NCBI GenBank assembly: GCA_027062325.1
Contig: JAMOTN010000042.1
Location: 1-34,793 of the forward strand
Length of the DNA: 34,793 bases
Source: a bacterium
Lineage (GTDB): Bacteria; JAMOTN01
Direction: 5' to 3'
The position numbers were made by a program, and so were the translations under genes. The notes under the pieces are model-generated. The model saw only the letters and a list, made by a program, of their open reading frames with translations. It was not told the origin of the DNA and made no database searches. Numbering within the stretch: position 1 is the stretch's first letter; the number at the start of each line of letters is the position of its first letter. Positions 24,712 through 34,604 of the stretch are shown here, piece after piece.

Positions 24712-27249
24712 ATGGAGATGGAAAAGGAGAAAGTCGGTGAATCTAGGCCCAAAGGATATGAGATGAAAGAGTACGATTTTTCAAAGGTTGAGGAGTACTG
24801 GCGTCAGGAACAGGAAAAAAGCGATATTTTTAAGACAGCTGATTATAGGCAGAATAACAGCTATTATGTTCTTGAAATGTTTCCGTATCCGTCAGGAAGA
24901 TTGCACATGGGGCACTTGAGAAACTACACACTTGGGGATGTCTATGCGCGTTATCTTTGGATGAATGGATATGAGGTACTGCATCCAATGGGATGGGATT
25001 CTTTTGGACTTCCGGCAGAGAATGCTGCTATCAAGCACGGAATTCATCCCAAAAAGTGGACTGAGGAAAATATTGCTTATATGAAAAAGCAGATGAAGAT
25101 GATAGGTTTTTCGTATGATTGGGACAGAGAAGTTGCAACACACACTCCTGAGTATTACCGTTGGTGCCAGTGGTTGTTTATACAGATGTTTAAAAAAGGT
25201 TTGGCTTATCAGAAGGAGTCATACGTCAACTGGTGTCCAAATTGCCAGACTGTTCTTGCAAATGAGCAAGTTATAGGGGGGAAGTGTTGGCGTTGTGATG
25301 CTGAGGTTGAGAAGAAAAAGTTGAAACAATGGTACCTAAAAATTACAGAATATGCGCCCCGACTTTTGAAGGATTTGGAAAAACTTAGTGGGTGGCCAGA
25401 GAAGGTAAAGATCATGCAAAAGAATTGGATTGGAGAGAGTGAGGGGGTCCGTCTTGAATTTTATCTTGAGGAACTTGATGAAAAGATAGAGACTTTTACA
25501 ACGCGTGTGGATACTCTATACGGAGTAACGTATGTTGTGGTTGCACCTGAGCATCCAATTGTTGAAAGAATTGTAGAGTTGCACAAAGAGAATGGTCGCA
25601 ATGAGCTTGCAGATAAGATAGAGGAGTTTGTGCGCAAAGTTTTGGTACAGCCTGAATATGAGAGAACTGCAGAGGAGAAAGAAAAGGAAGGTATTTACAC
25701 GGGATTTGATGTAATGCATCCTTTGACTGGTAAAAAAGTTCCACTTTGGATTGGCAACTACGTTGTGTTTGAGTATGGAACGGGAGCTGTAATGGCAGTT
25801 CCAGCGCATGATCAAAGAGATTTTCTCTTTGCTAAGAAGTATAATTTGCCTCTTGTAGAAGTCATAAAGCCAAGAGATAGGGAATGGGACTTTTCACAGG
25901 GGGCTTACGAAGAGAGAGGAGTCATGCTCAATTCGGAAGAGTTTGATGGAATGGATTCGGAAGAGGCAAAAGTTGCAATTGCCAAGAAACTTGAAAGTAT
26001 TGGTAAGGGAGCACGTATTAAAACCTATAAACTGCGTGATTGGCTCATATCCCGCCAGCGCTACTGGGGGGCTCCAATTCCAATCATTCATTGCCCTAAG
26101 TGTGGTGCTGTTCCGGTTCCGGAGGATCAGCTGCCGGTGTTGTTACCTGATGAGTTCAAGTATGAGAAAGGAAAGAGCCCACTGGAAGTAAGTGAGGAGT
26201 TTGTTAAGGTAAAATGTCCGGTGTGTGGTGCTGATGCAAAGCGTGATACCGATACCATGGATACGTTTGTTGATTCTTCTTGGTATTACTGGAGGTATGT
26301 GGATCCGAAAAATAGTCAAAAAATATTTGATGAGGATAAGGTAAAGAGTTGGAAAAGCGTTGATTGGTACATAGGTGGTGTAGAGCATGCGGTTTTACAC
26401 CTTTTGTACGCGCGATTTATAAATAAGTTCTTATACGATGAGGGGCTTGTTGGAAGTGATGAGCCGTTCAGCGTACTCTTCACTCAGGGGATGGTATTGA
26501 AAGACGGAGCAAAGATGAGTAAGAGTAAAGGGAATGTTGTAGATCCAGAGGAAATTGTATCTAAATACGGTGCGGATACAGCGCGTGTATTTATGATGTT
26601 TGCTGCACCTCCGGAGAGGGATCTTGAATGGAGTGATGATGGAGTTGCTGGAGCCCATAGATTTCTTAAAAGAGTTTGGAGACTTGCGTATTCTGATTTT
26701 GATACTCTCAAGAAGTTTATGGATACTGTGAAGAATGTAAATATAGCTGGCTATAACTGGAAGGATAAAGAATTTGGTGTTAAGGTTAATCGAGTTGTTA
26801 AAGCTGTTACTGAGGATGTTAGGAACTTTGAGCTCAATACGGGTGTAAGTCAGTTAATGATTTTAACAAATGAGCTAGAGGACAAGGTTGGCTCAGCTGG
26901 ATGGGATGAAGATGCCGCTGTTGCATTTATAGCACTTATTAAAATGCTTCATCCTTATGCACCATTTATTACCCAGCAGATATGGGTGGATTTTGGAAAC
27001 AATGATTGGCTTGTGAGGAGCAAGTGGCCAACTTATAACGAGGAAATGTTGGAGTTTGATACTGTTGAGGTTATTGTTCAGGTCAACGGTAAGCTGCGCG
27101 GTAAGATAAAGATAGAAAAGGATGCTTCCAAAGATGCAGTATTGGAAAAAGCTCGTAATTTGGATAATGTTAAGAGGTATCTAGAGGGGAAGAAGATTAT
27201 TAAAGAGATAGTTGTACCGAATAAACTTGTAAACTTTGTTGTTAGGTAG
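24712..27249 (+). CDS. leuS: Leucine--tRNA ligase
   Basis: MFPYPSGRLHMGH, the editing domain GTGAVMAVPAHDQRD, DWLISRQRYWG, KMSKS and VQVNGKLR; single chain. Confidence 0.98.
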   Translation: MEMEKEKVGESRPKGYEMKEYDFSKVEEYWRQEQEKSDIFKTADYRQNNSYYVLEMFPYPSGRLHMGHLRNYTLGDVYARYLWMNGYEVLHPMGWDSFGLPAENAAIKHGIHPKKWTEENIAYMKKQMKMIGFSYDWDREVATHTPEYYRWCQWLFIQMFKKGLAYQKESYVNWCPNCQTVLANEQVIGGKCWRCDAEVEKKKLKQWYLKITEYAPRLLKDLEKLSGWPEKVKIMQKNWIGESEGVRLEFYLEELDEKIETFTTRVDTLYGVTYVVVAPEHPIVERIVELHKENGRNELADKIEEFVRKVLVQPEYERTAEEKEKEGIYTGFDVMHPLTGKKVPLWIGNYVVFEYGTGAVMAVPAHDQRDFLFAKKYNLPLVEVIKPRDREWDFSQGAYEERGVMLNSEEFDGMDSEEAKVAIAKKLESIGKGARIKTYKLRDWLISRQRYWGAPIPIIHCPKCGAVPVPEDQLPVLLPDEFKYEKGKSPLEVSEEFVKVKCPVCGADAKRDTDTMDTFVDSSWYYWRYVDPKNSQKIFDEDKVKSWKSVDWYIGGVEHAVLHLLYARFINKFLYDEGLVGSDEPFSVLFTQGMVLKDGAKMSKSKGNVVDPEEIVSKYGADTARVFMMFAAPPERDLEWSDDGVAGAHRFLKRVWRLAYSDFDTLKKFMDTVKNVNIAGYNWKDKEFGVKVNRVVKAVTEDVRNFELNTGVSQLMILTNELEDKVGSAGWDEDAAVAFIALIKMLHPYAPFITQQIWVDFGNNDWLVRSKWPTYNEEMLEFDTVEVIVQVNGKLRGKIKIEKDASKDAVLEKARNLDNVKRYLEGKKIIKEIVVPNKLVNFVVR

Positions 27250-27274
27250 CCAATACTTTAAAGAGGTGCACACT

Positions 27275-28705
27275 ATGAGGGGAGCTACCATTATCGGAAG
27301 TTTTACATTTATATGGGTGGCTCCCCTTCTTGTTTTTATTTGTTTTGTTGCTAGTGAGCCTGTGTATTCTGACAATACTTCTCAACCAGACGTATACTTA
27401 TCTCTTGCACGTTACTTTTACTATGTAAAAAAGATGCCGAGTGTGGCTAAGGAGTATGTGAAGGAAGCTATAAGGAATTTTCCGGAGGATGAAGAGGCAA
27501 TTGAATTTGCGCTAAAATTTTTTACGCCAGCTGAGGTTATGGAGATACTTGCGGTTAAAGAGATTCCCAAGCCGAGTCTAAAAAACCCTATCTACTTGGG
27601 ATGGTGGTGGAATGCTAAACTTGCTTATGAAAGACGTGACTGGAAGGCGTTGAAAGTTTGTGTTGAAAAACTAGAGAAATTTAGAGAAGATGATCCGGTT
27701 ATTGTTTTTTATAAGAGATATTTACGTGTAATTGATGCGATAAAAAAGGTAAAGTCTCGCAAGAAGGAAAGTAAGAGTTTTTCTTTAAATGCTTACTACC
27801 TCCAGATGTTGAATAGCTTGAAAAAGAATCCTAAACATGATTACTTTGGAGCTCAAAAGTGGTTCAGTAAAGGGGTTTATTGGTTGAATAGTGGAAAGCT
27901 TGAATTAGCTCGTTTGTGTTTTGAAATAGCCAGCTTGTTAGGAAAAGATGCTAGGTCTTATCTTGAATACATAGCTTCTGTTTACAAGAAACTTGAAGAA
28001 CGGCGTAAAGTTAGGAAAAAGACTAATGAAGTTAAGGTGAAGATTTACAAAGAAAGGAAGTCAACTTCTGAGGTTAAAGTTGCTTCAACCAAATCTACAA
28101 CAGAAGTTGTTTACTTTAATGTGAAGCCTTTTAAGGTTGAAAAAAAAGTTGTATTTGATGAAAAGTTTGTCACTGTGGAGGTAAAGAGCAAGGATGTTTT
28201 TTTGTTAAGGAAGGTTGAGATAAAAGAGGAAGATAGGAAGCAACTTTTGGCTGAGTATAGAAAACTTTATATTGAAGCTTTGGAAAAGGACAAGAGGGGA
28301 GAGGCGACCTACGATGACTTTATTAATGCGTGGTTGAAATTCATAAGAGTTTATCCTGACGATGTGAGGGCAAATTATGAGCTGTTGATGTTGTATATTT
28401 TGAAAGGAGATGTTGTGAACTCCGTTGAATATTTTAAGAGGTTGCTTTGGATATTGAGTGATTCTAAGGCTAAAGAGAGTCTGTGGTATGATAAAGCAAA
28501 GAAGTTGTGTGATTGGCTACTCTATCTTTTGTTAAAGCGAGCGAAAAGGTTGAATTTAGTAGAAGAGCTGCAGCAGGGATTAGATAGAAAGATTGTTAAA
28601 TTAGAAGTGTTGGGAAAGAAAATAGTTTGGGAGTTCAGCAGTTATCCACCACAGGAGGTTAGGGTACCTGATTGGTGGAGAGATGTTAAGGTAATATTGA
28701 GGTAG
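27275..28705 (+). CDS. Hypothetical exported TPR-like helical protein
   Basis: N-terminal hydrophobic segment and TPR-like helices (VYLSLARYFY...AKEYVKEAIRNFPED; YPDDVRANYEL). GAGGTG precedes ATG 27275. Confidence 0.7.
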   Translation: MRGATIIGSFTFIWVAPLLVFICFVASEPVYSDNTSQPDVYLSLARYFYYVKKMPSVAKEYVKEAIRNFPEDEEAIEFALKFFTPAEVMEILAVKEIPKPSLKNPIYLGWWWNAKLAYERRDWKALKVCVEKLEKFREDDPVIVFYKRYLRVIDAIKKVKSRKKESKSFSLNAYYLQMLNSLKKNPKHDYFGAQKWFSKGVYWLNSGKLELARLCFEIASLLGKDARSYLEYIASVYKKLEERRKVRKKTNEVKVKIYKERKSTSEVKVASTKSTTEVVYFNVKPFKVEKKVVFDEKFVTVEVKSKDVFLLRKVEIKEEDRKQLLAEYRKLYIEALEKDKRGEATYDDFINAWLKFIRVYPDDVRANYELLMLYILKGDVVNSVEYFKRLLWILSDSKAKESLWYDKAKKLCDWLLYLLLKRAKRLNLVEELQQGLDRKIVKLEVLGKKIVWEFSSYPPQEVRVPDWWRDVKVILR

Positions 28706-28706
28706 T

Positions 28707-31700
28707 TTGAAGTGGAGGTTGTTGCTGGTGGTGAAGAATTGGAGAATTAGGGCACACTTATTTATACTTGGAATTTTTATGGCTTTTACTACTTTGAAGG
28801 CTGAAATTTTGCCACAAAAGGTGATAAAGCTTTCTAAGCAGCTTATATCTCCTATGGTGGACTCTTACTTAGGAGGGAAGTATCCTAAGTTATGGTTTCA
28901 AATAAAGAAATTTTCAATGCGAGGAAGCTGGTATGCTATTACTCTTGCTGACGAGATAGCTTTGAGGGGAACTAAAACGTGCAGTTTAGGGGACAGCCTT
29001 TTGGCAAGAGCTGTGGCTTTGGCTATACTGGAAGGTTGGCCCTATGAATCTTCAATTTACATATTAAAAAATTTGGTAAAAGTGAGAGATATAAAGGCTT
29101 GGCAAGGTTTTCTAGATAAATGGAAAAAGTCGCTGAAGAGCAGAGTTAAGGAGGTTCTTGGATGGAAAGAAGCAGAGTCAAAGGTTTGTGAGGATAAGCA
29201 TTTATCTGAACTTGCAGCGGATGAGCTGATAACACTTATGCTTTATGGTACCGATGTTGAGGCTAGGTTGCTGGCTGCAGTCGAAGCTTACTGTGATGAT
29301 CCGGTATCGTGGCGGTGGAAAGTGCCGGCTGGAAGATTGATAAATTGGAAGGAGATAAAGTTTTTAAAGACTTACTTAGCTGACTCAAAAGTGTTGGAGA
29401 AGTATGATGAAAAGTTGAGTATAATTGCGTTTTTGGATGGAGTTACAACGGATATAAAGGTAAAAACTGATCTTGGAAGATTAGCTAGTCAGTTTGCTAG
29501 GTTGTTGAAAGGGGATTATAAAGGGGTTTTAAAGGAGCGTATAAATAAGAAGTTTTACTCCTGGAGTTGGCTTATCAAGTGTTTCGCTTCTTTTCAGATG
29601 GGGGATAAAGGTGAAGCTAAGAGGCTTTACCACCTCGCTGGTCGTGTTTTAAATTCGATAAAAACTCTTGGTTATTGGTATCTTTATCGAGTATTGCATA
29701 AAAAAAATATCTTGTATGAACTTGTTAGAATTGCAGAAGGTTTGAAGGCTGAAGAAAAGCCTTATTATAAACTTTACGAGGCGAAAAAAGAGCTCGGGGT
29801 ATTAAAAGTTGGCGAGTACGTCATGATGAAGGACAAATTTTCGTATAAGTCTGATTTGTACAGTGAGGCAATATGGTTTGATGAGATGCAGCAATGGGGA
29901 AAAGCTATCAAAGCGTATGAAAAATATTTAAAAGAGGATCCTAATAAAGAACGAGCGGACTTTTGTATGTTTAGAATTGCTCAAATATATGAGGAAAAAC
30001 TGGGATTTGATATAGAAGCTAAAAGGTGGTATGAAAGGCTGTTTAACAAAGGGCACGATCAATTTTGGCGTCTTAAAGCGGCTGTTAAATTGGCTTTAAT
30101 TGATAATAACGAAGATTATATGAAGGCAGCGATTGTTAAATTTCCTGCTGTGCGTGGTGTTGCTTATTACATGTTGGCAACGGGAGAAAGAAAGTTTTTG
30201 TTTTCACTGTTTTCGCTTAAGGAGATGTTTTTCCACAGAGATCAAGTAGAAGCTGTAAATAATGTAAAAGACTTTTTGAAGAGGGAGCAGGTAAGTAGCG
30301 TTGTCAATGCAAGGGAGAAGATTGATGAAGCCTATAAGTTGGGGATGTATCAAGATGTTATAAAGATGTATGAGGATAATCCAGCCTCTTGTGAAAATAT
30401 AATTCCTGTTTTAAATGCATGTCTTAAAACAGGAAATTATGAGAAGATCATTGCTTTTACAAATACAATGTCTTCAATAGAAATTGTTCCTTTTAGAGTG
30501 AAAGCTTTTGCACGTCTTAGTAAGTTTAAGGAGGCGAGAAAAGAACTTAAAAAGTTTGAGAAGTGGGTTGGTTCTCTAAAAGATATGAACAGAGATACAG
30601 CGAGTGCTGAAGTTGAGCTATCTAAATTGAAAGAATATGTTGATTATTACGAATTTGGCGAAGGGGAGATAAAAGAGAGTGTTGAGAAAAAGGCTAAAAG
30701 AATTACTTTAGAAGAGTTGGAAAATGGTGATGAATTTGATAAAGAATTGGCAAGGTTCATAAAAGGAGAATATGATAAATTGCAAAGTCCAACTTTAAAA
30801 AAGGTAGTGCAGTATAAGAAGAGGCTTTTGGAGTATATTAAGAATGATTGTAAGGACACCAGCTTTGAAACGAAGGTTAAGGAGTTTTTAAAGAATTTTG
30901 GATGTTCTGTTAAAGGAAAAGGTGTGATTGCTGTTCCTGATATTGTAGTTTACTTGGATGCTTTTAAGGAAGTTGACCCACTGGCGAGGAAGCAGTTTGT
31001 CAACAAGGGTCTTTTGGCATTTGAGTTGCTGAAGCTTAAGAGTTTTGAGGCTGAGCATCTGTTAAATACCCTATCGACTCAAGAAGCAGAGCTTGTCTTG
31101 AAGAAACTGGGATGGTTACTGTCTGATAAAGAGGCTTTAAAGCTTGCTTATAGACTTCAGTTTACATCCGTTGGATTTTCGTATTTAAAGGATCTCGTTA
31201 GCTGTTCGGATTTTAAGTATTTGAAAAGAGAAAAGTTAAAAGAGGTGGCAAATCTACGTTGTAAGTTGCATCATCTACTTCAAGATTTTGATAAGATGCC
31301 ATCTTTTGAAAAAGCGCTTGAGATAGCTAGGCTTTATCAGAAGTTGGGAGATTCTGCAAGAGCAGTGCTTTACTACTTTAAGGCGTATGGGGATGATAAG
31401 GGAGGTTTGAAGAAAATAGAGAAGATTGCTCACACTGCGGAGAAAAATAAAAATAAAAAACTGGCAAGGTGGATATATATGCGGCTTGCTATGAAAACAG
31501 GAGATTTCAAGTATGCTAAAAAGGCGTATGAGTTTACAGATAGCTGGTTGGAAAAGAAAAAGATGTTGGTGTGGATGGAGAAAAGCTATAGGGGAAGGAG
31601 AGTTCGCCGCTTCTTGAAAAGACAGAAAAAATTGCTCAAAAAGTTGTTTGGAAAAAAAGAAGACTTTTTCAAAATTGAGATACCTTACAAGAGCGCAGAA

Positions 31701-32354
31701 AATATAAAGAGGAGGATTACTTTTTTGGAAAGACAACTACCTGAAAAGTTGGGATTTGATAGAGCGAAAACTTTGTATGAGTTGGCGCTGTTGAACGAAA
31801 AGGTGGGAAATTGGAATAAAGCTTATGAATATTTGGAAAAGTTGAAAGATGATTACTCCGATGAAAAGTTTTATCCGCAAGTTATGGATGAGTTGGCTAA
31901 AGTTTTGGAGCATGTTGAGGATTTGGAAGAGAGAGAACAAGTTTACAAGTATATAATAGAGAGTGGGCGGGCTAGGCCTGATTTGGATAAGATTTTTGCT
32001 CTTTATATAAAGGCACTTCTTGATCAGGGGAAGGCTTTTGAAGCGGGGATGAAGATAGAGGAGTTTGAGCAGAATTTTTCTGATAGCGAATGGTTAGATG
32101 ATGTGTATTACTGGCGGATATTGGCTTATAAAAAAGAGGCTAACTGGGATGAGTTTGAGAAGGCAGTTGTGGATTTTTTGAATAAGTTTTCAGATAGCAA
32201 TTTGATGGATAATGTTTATTATGAATATGGGTTGTATTGGCGCTACATAAAAGGAGATAAGGATAAGGCGCGTGAGTACTTTGAAAAAATTGTAAATGAT
32301 TTTCTTGATAGTGAAGTGCGAGGCGAGGCTGAGGCAGAATTGTCAAAATTGTGA
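28707..32354 (+). CDS. Large exported TPR-repeat protein
   Basis: 1215-aa ORF with a signal-like N-terminus and TPR repeats (AIKAYEKYLKEDPN..RADFCMFRIA; FSDSEWLDDVYYW; FSDSNLMDNVYYEYG). Confidence 0.82.
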   Translation: MKWRLLLVVKNWRIRAHLFILGIFMAFTTLKAEILPQKVIKLSKQLISPMVDSYLGGKYPKLWFQIKKFSMRGSWYAITLADEIALRGTKTCSLGDSLLARAVALAILEGWPYESSIYILKNLVKVRDIKAWQGFLDKWKKSLKSRVKEVLGWKEAESKVCEDKHLSELAADELITLMLYGTDVEARLLAAVEAYCDDPVSWRWKVPAGRLINWKEIKFLKTYLADSKVLEKYDEKLSIIAFLDGVTTDIKVKTDLGRLASQFARLLKGDYKGVLKERINKKFYSWSWLIKCFASFQMGDKGEAKRLYHLAGRVLNSIKTLGYWYLYRVLHKKNILYELVRIAEGLKAEEKPYYKLYEAKKELGVLKVGEYVMMKDKFSYKSDLYSEAIWFDEMQQWGKAIKAYEKYLKEDPNKERADFCMFRIAQIYEEKLGFDIEAKRWYERLFNKGHDQFWRLKAAVKLALIDNNEDYMKAAIVKFPAVRGVAYYMLATGERKFLFSLFSLKEMFFHRDQVEAVNNVKDFLKREQVSSVVNAREKIDEAYKLGMYQDVIKMYEDNPASCENIIPVLNACLKTGNYEKIIAFTNTMSSIEIVPFRVKAFARLSKFKEARKELKKFEKWVGSLKDMNRDTASAEVELSKLKEYVDYYEFGEGEIKESVEKKAKRITLEELENGDEFDKELARFIKGEYDKLQSPTLKKVVQYKKRLLEYIKNDCKDTSFETKVKEFLKNFGCSVKGKGVIAVPDIVVYLDAFKEVDPLARKQFVNKGLLAFELLKLKSFEAEHLLNTLSTQEAELVLKKLGWLLSDKEALKLAYRLQFTSVGFSYLKDLVSCSDFKYLKREKLKEVANLRCKLHHLLQDFDKMPSFEKALEIARLYQKLGDSARAVLYYFKAYGDDKGGLKKIEKIAHTAEKNKNKKLARWIYMRLAMKTGDFKYAKKAYEFTDSWLEKKKMLVWMEKSYRGRRVRRFLKRQKKLLKKLFGKKEDFFKIEIPYKSAENIKRRITFLERQLPEKLGFDRAKTLYELALLNEKVGNWNKAYEYLEKLKDDYSDEKFYPQVMDELAKVLEHVEDLEEREQVYKYIIESGRARPDLDKIFALYIKALLDQGKAFEAGMKIEEFEQNFSDSEWLDDVYYWRILAYKKEANWDEFEKAVVDFLNKFSDSNLMDNVYYEYGLYWRYIKGDKDKAREYFEKIVNDFLDSEVRGEAEAELSKL

Positions 32355-32374
32355 TGCTATTTTGGAGGTATAGC

Positions 32375-33139
32375 ATGAAGGAGTTTATAGATGAGATATT
32401 CTGGAAGACTCTTGAAAGAAAGACGGTGGCGGTTCCAACTCCGCAAAAGTTGAGGTGCAGTGTGTGTGGAGCTGAGTTTTCCCTGAAGATTGTTGATGAT
32501 TTAGTGGTGGGTTTTAAAGGGAATGGAATGCCTATTTTCCGAGGAGAGGATGCAGCTAAGTATATTGTGGCTGTGTGTCCTGAGTGTTACTTTGCTTTTT
32601 TAAGATATGAGGATGTTACAGAAGAGATGGTAGAAGTTGCCAGAAAGTTGTCTTCTTATAGGCGTGAGAATTTTTTAAAGTTTGACTTTTCATCAGAGCG
32701 TGATGATATGCTTGCAGCTGTGTCGTGGCAACTTGCTTTTTACACTTATAAAGATTTTAATGCGACCTTAGTTGCAAGAAGTATTGCCTTTGTCTATTGG
32801 TATTCGCATCCTTTTACAACTTCTCAACAGAAGCAGAGCATAGCAAAGAGCTTTTTTGCTTACTTTAAGAAGGCTTATTCTGAATGGAAGAGTAATAACT
32901 TGGAAGAAGAGAATGCTAAATTGTTAACAGTGGAAAGAATTTTATTTGAGAAAAGTGAGGAAAATGTAGCGATTCGTTTGAGTGATTTTTTAGATAAGTT
33001 TGATTATCAGCTTTTAAAGTTGGCAGACTCTATAACTCAAGATTCAGGATACGTTTATGAATTGAGGTTGCTAAAGGATGTTGAGAGTGAGCTTTCTAAA
33101 TTTATGGATAGGGGTGATGAAAGTGGAGAAGGGGGATAA
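32375..33139 (+). CDS. DUF2225-like Zn-ribbon plus helical protein
   Basis: CSVCGAEF...Y.VAVCPECYFA Cys pairs followed by a helical domain. GGAGG precedes ATG 32375. Family assigned from recollection only. Confidence 0.65.
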   Translation: MKEFIDEIFWKTLERKTVAVPTPQKLRCSVCGAEFSLKIVDDLVVGFKGNGMPIFRGEDAAKYIVAVCPECYFAFLRYEDVTEEMVEVARKLSSYRRENFLKFDFSSERDDMLAAVSWQLAFYTYKDFNATLVARSIAFVYWYSHPFTTSQQKQSIAKSFFAYFKKAYSEWKSNNLEEENAKLLTVERILFEKSEENVAIRLSDFLDKFDYQLLKLADSITQDSGYVYELRLLKDVESELSKFMDRGDESGEGG

Positions 33140-33569
33140 GGTAATTCTCAAAGTGGGAACTGAAGAATTTGAAGGAGTTATAAGGGAAATTGATTCTGTT
33201 AATAGCATGGTATTAGTAGAGGTTAAAAATTTGTGGAAAAAGATTGAAAGGCGTGTTGAAAATAGATATTACGAGTTCAAGCCTGAGGTGTGGTGTACGT
33301 GGTACGTATGGGATAAGAGTGCAAAAGGTGAACTTAAGGATTTGAGTAAGTGGGGAGTTAGATTTGTCACTAAGCAAAAACCTCCCCTTGTTAATGTAAT
33401 AGAAATAGGGTTTTATCTGAACGGGGAAGAGTTAGACAGAAGAAAGGCTAGGTTGTTGAGAGTTGAGAGAATGAGAAAAGGAGAAGAAGAAATGTACATA
33501 GTTGCAGTTGGATTTTCAGAAGAGTTGCCCCAAAATGTCATTGATAAGTTGGTTAAAAGTGCTTCATAA
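33117..33569 (+). CDS. PilZ-domain protein (putative c-di-GMP receptor)
   Basis: RRVENR (RxxxR) and DLSKWG (DxSxxG) motifs, and a C-terminal ARLLRV...VAVGF strand. Confidence 0.8.
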   Translation: MKVEKGDKVILKVGTEEFEGVIREIDSVNSMVLVEVKNLWKKIERRVENRYYEFKPEVWCTWYVWDKSAKGELKDLSKWGVRFVTKQKPPLVNVIEIGFYLNGEELDRRKARLLRVERMRKGEEEMYIVAVGFSEELPQNVIDKLVKSAS

Positions 33570-33583
33570 AGAGGTGGGATATA

Positions 33584-34549
33584 GTGGATTTTCCAAAAGT
33601 TGTTGCAATAGGTGGTGGAACAGGGTTATCGACACTTCTTAGGGGGTTGAAACGTCGCACGGATAGGAATGATCGTTTGACAGCTATAGTTACAGTGGCA
33701 GATGATGGCGGAAGCAGTGGTAAGTTGAGGGAAAGTCTCAATATCCCAGCTCCTGGTGATATTAGAAACTGTATAGTAGCTTTGAGTGATGAAGAGGAGA
33801 TAATGAGCAGAATATTTGACTATAGATTTGCGAGTGCTGGCGAGTTGAGTGGGCATAGTGTAGGGAATATTTTAATTGCGGCGGCAACTAAAGTATTGGA
33901 TGGGAATTTTGCAACTGCAGTAAGGGTGATGGATAGAATTTTAAATGTTAAAGGAAAAGTTTTGCCTTCGACTGATGAAAATGTAGTTTTGGTTGCACAT
34001 TACGATGATGGAACAACTGTGACAGGAGAGAGTGAGATAGGCAAAAGAAAGCCTCCTGTGAGGGTTGAACTACATCCAGAAAATGCAATGCCAGCTGAAG
34101 GTGTGCTTGAGGAGATAGGAGAAGCTGATCTTATTGTGTTGGGACCGGGAAGTTTGTTTACAAGTATTATTCCCAATCTTTTAATAAAGGGAATAAGTGA
34201 TGCTATAAATGACTCAAAAGCTGTCAAGGTTTATGTTTGCAATATTATGACGCAGCCTCATGAGACTGATGGTATGGCGGCAGAAGATCACGTTGAGGTT
34301 ATAAGAAGATACGTTGAGCTTGATTGGATAATTGTTAACAATTATATTCCGACGGATGCTTTGCTTTTGAAATACCAGAGGGAAGGGGCGTATCCCGTAG
34401 TATTTGACAATGAACGTTTAACGGGTATGGGTATTAATGTTTACAAGGATGCATTGGCACATGCTGGTGTGTACTTGAGACATGATCCGGATAAGTTAGC
34501 CGAAGCTGTTTTGAGGGTTTATGCTCAGGGAAAGGGGCGGCTTATGTAG
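33584..34549 (+). CDS. yvcK: YvcK/GlmR (CofD-related) gluconeogenesis factor
   Basis: VVAIGGGTGLS, VTVADDGGSSG, PGDIRNC, GPGSLFTSIIPNL, NIMTQP.ET and RHDP.KLA. Confidence 0.96.
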   Translation: MDFPKVVAIGGGTGLSTLLRGLKRRTDRNDRLTAIVTVADDGGSSGKLRESLNIPAPGDIRNCIVALSDEEEIMSRIFDYRFASAGELSGHSVGNILIAAATKVLDGNFATAVRVMDRILNVKGKVLPSTDENVVLVAHYDDGTTVTGESEIGKRKPPVRVELHPENAMPAEGVLEEIGEADLIVLGPGSLFTSIIPNLLIKGISDAINDSKAVKVYVCNIMTQPHETDGMAAEDHVEVIRRYVELDWIIVNNYIPTDALLLKYQREGAYPVVFDNERLTGMGINVYKDALAHAGVYLRHDPDKLAEAVLRVYAQGKGRLM

Positions 34550-34604
34550 TTGAGAAGACAGGATCACTAAATTATATCTAGAGGTGGCTAGTGGGTGTGA
34601 AGGT

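Noticed and set aside
2500..34227. Numerous 60-160 aa ORFs in the track that lie antisense to or overlap larger genes
   Set aside because: They are shadows of well-supported genes, with no motifs or RBS support.
11739..34549. Genome-wide TAG reassignment, suggested by the fliR-TAG-flhB junction
   Set aside because: TAG ends flhB, flhA, phoH2, leuS and yvcK at their expected C-termini, and an intact RF1 is encoded in the window.
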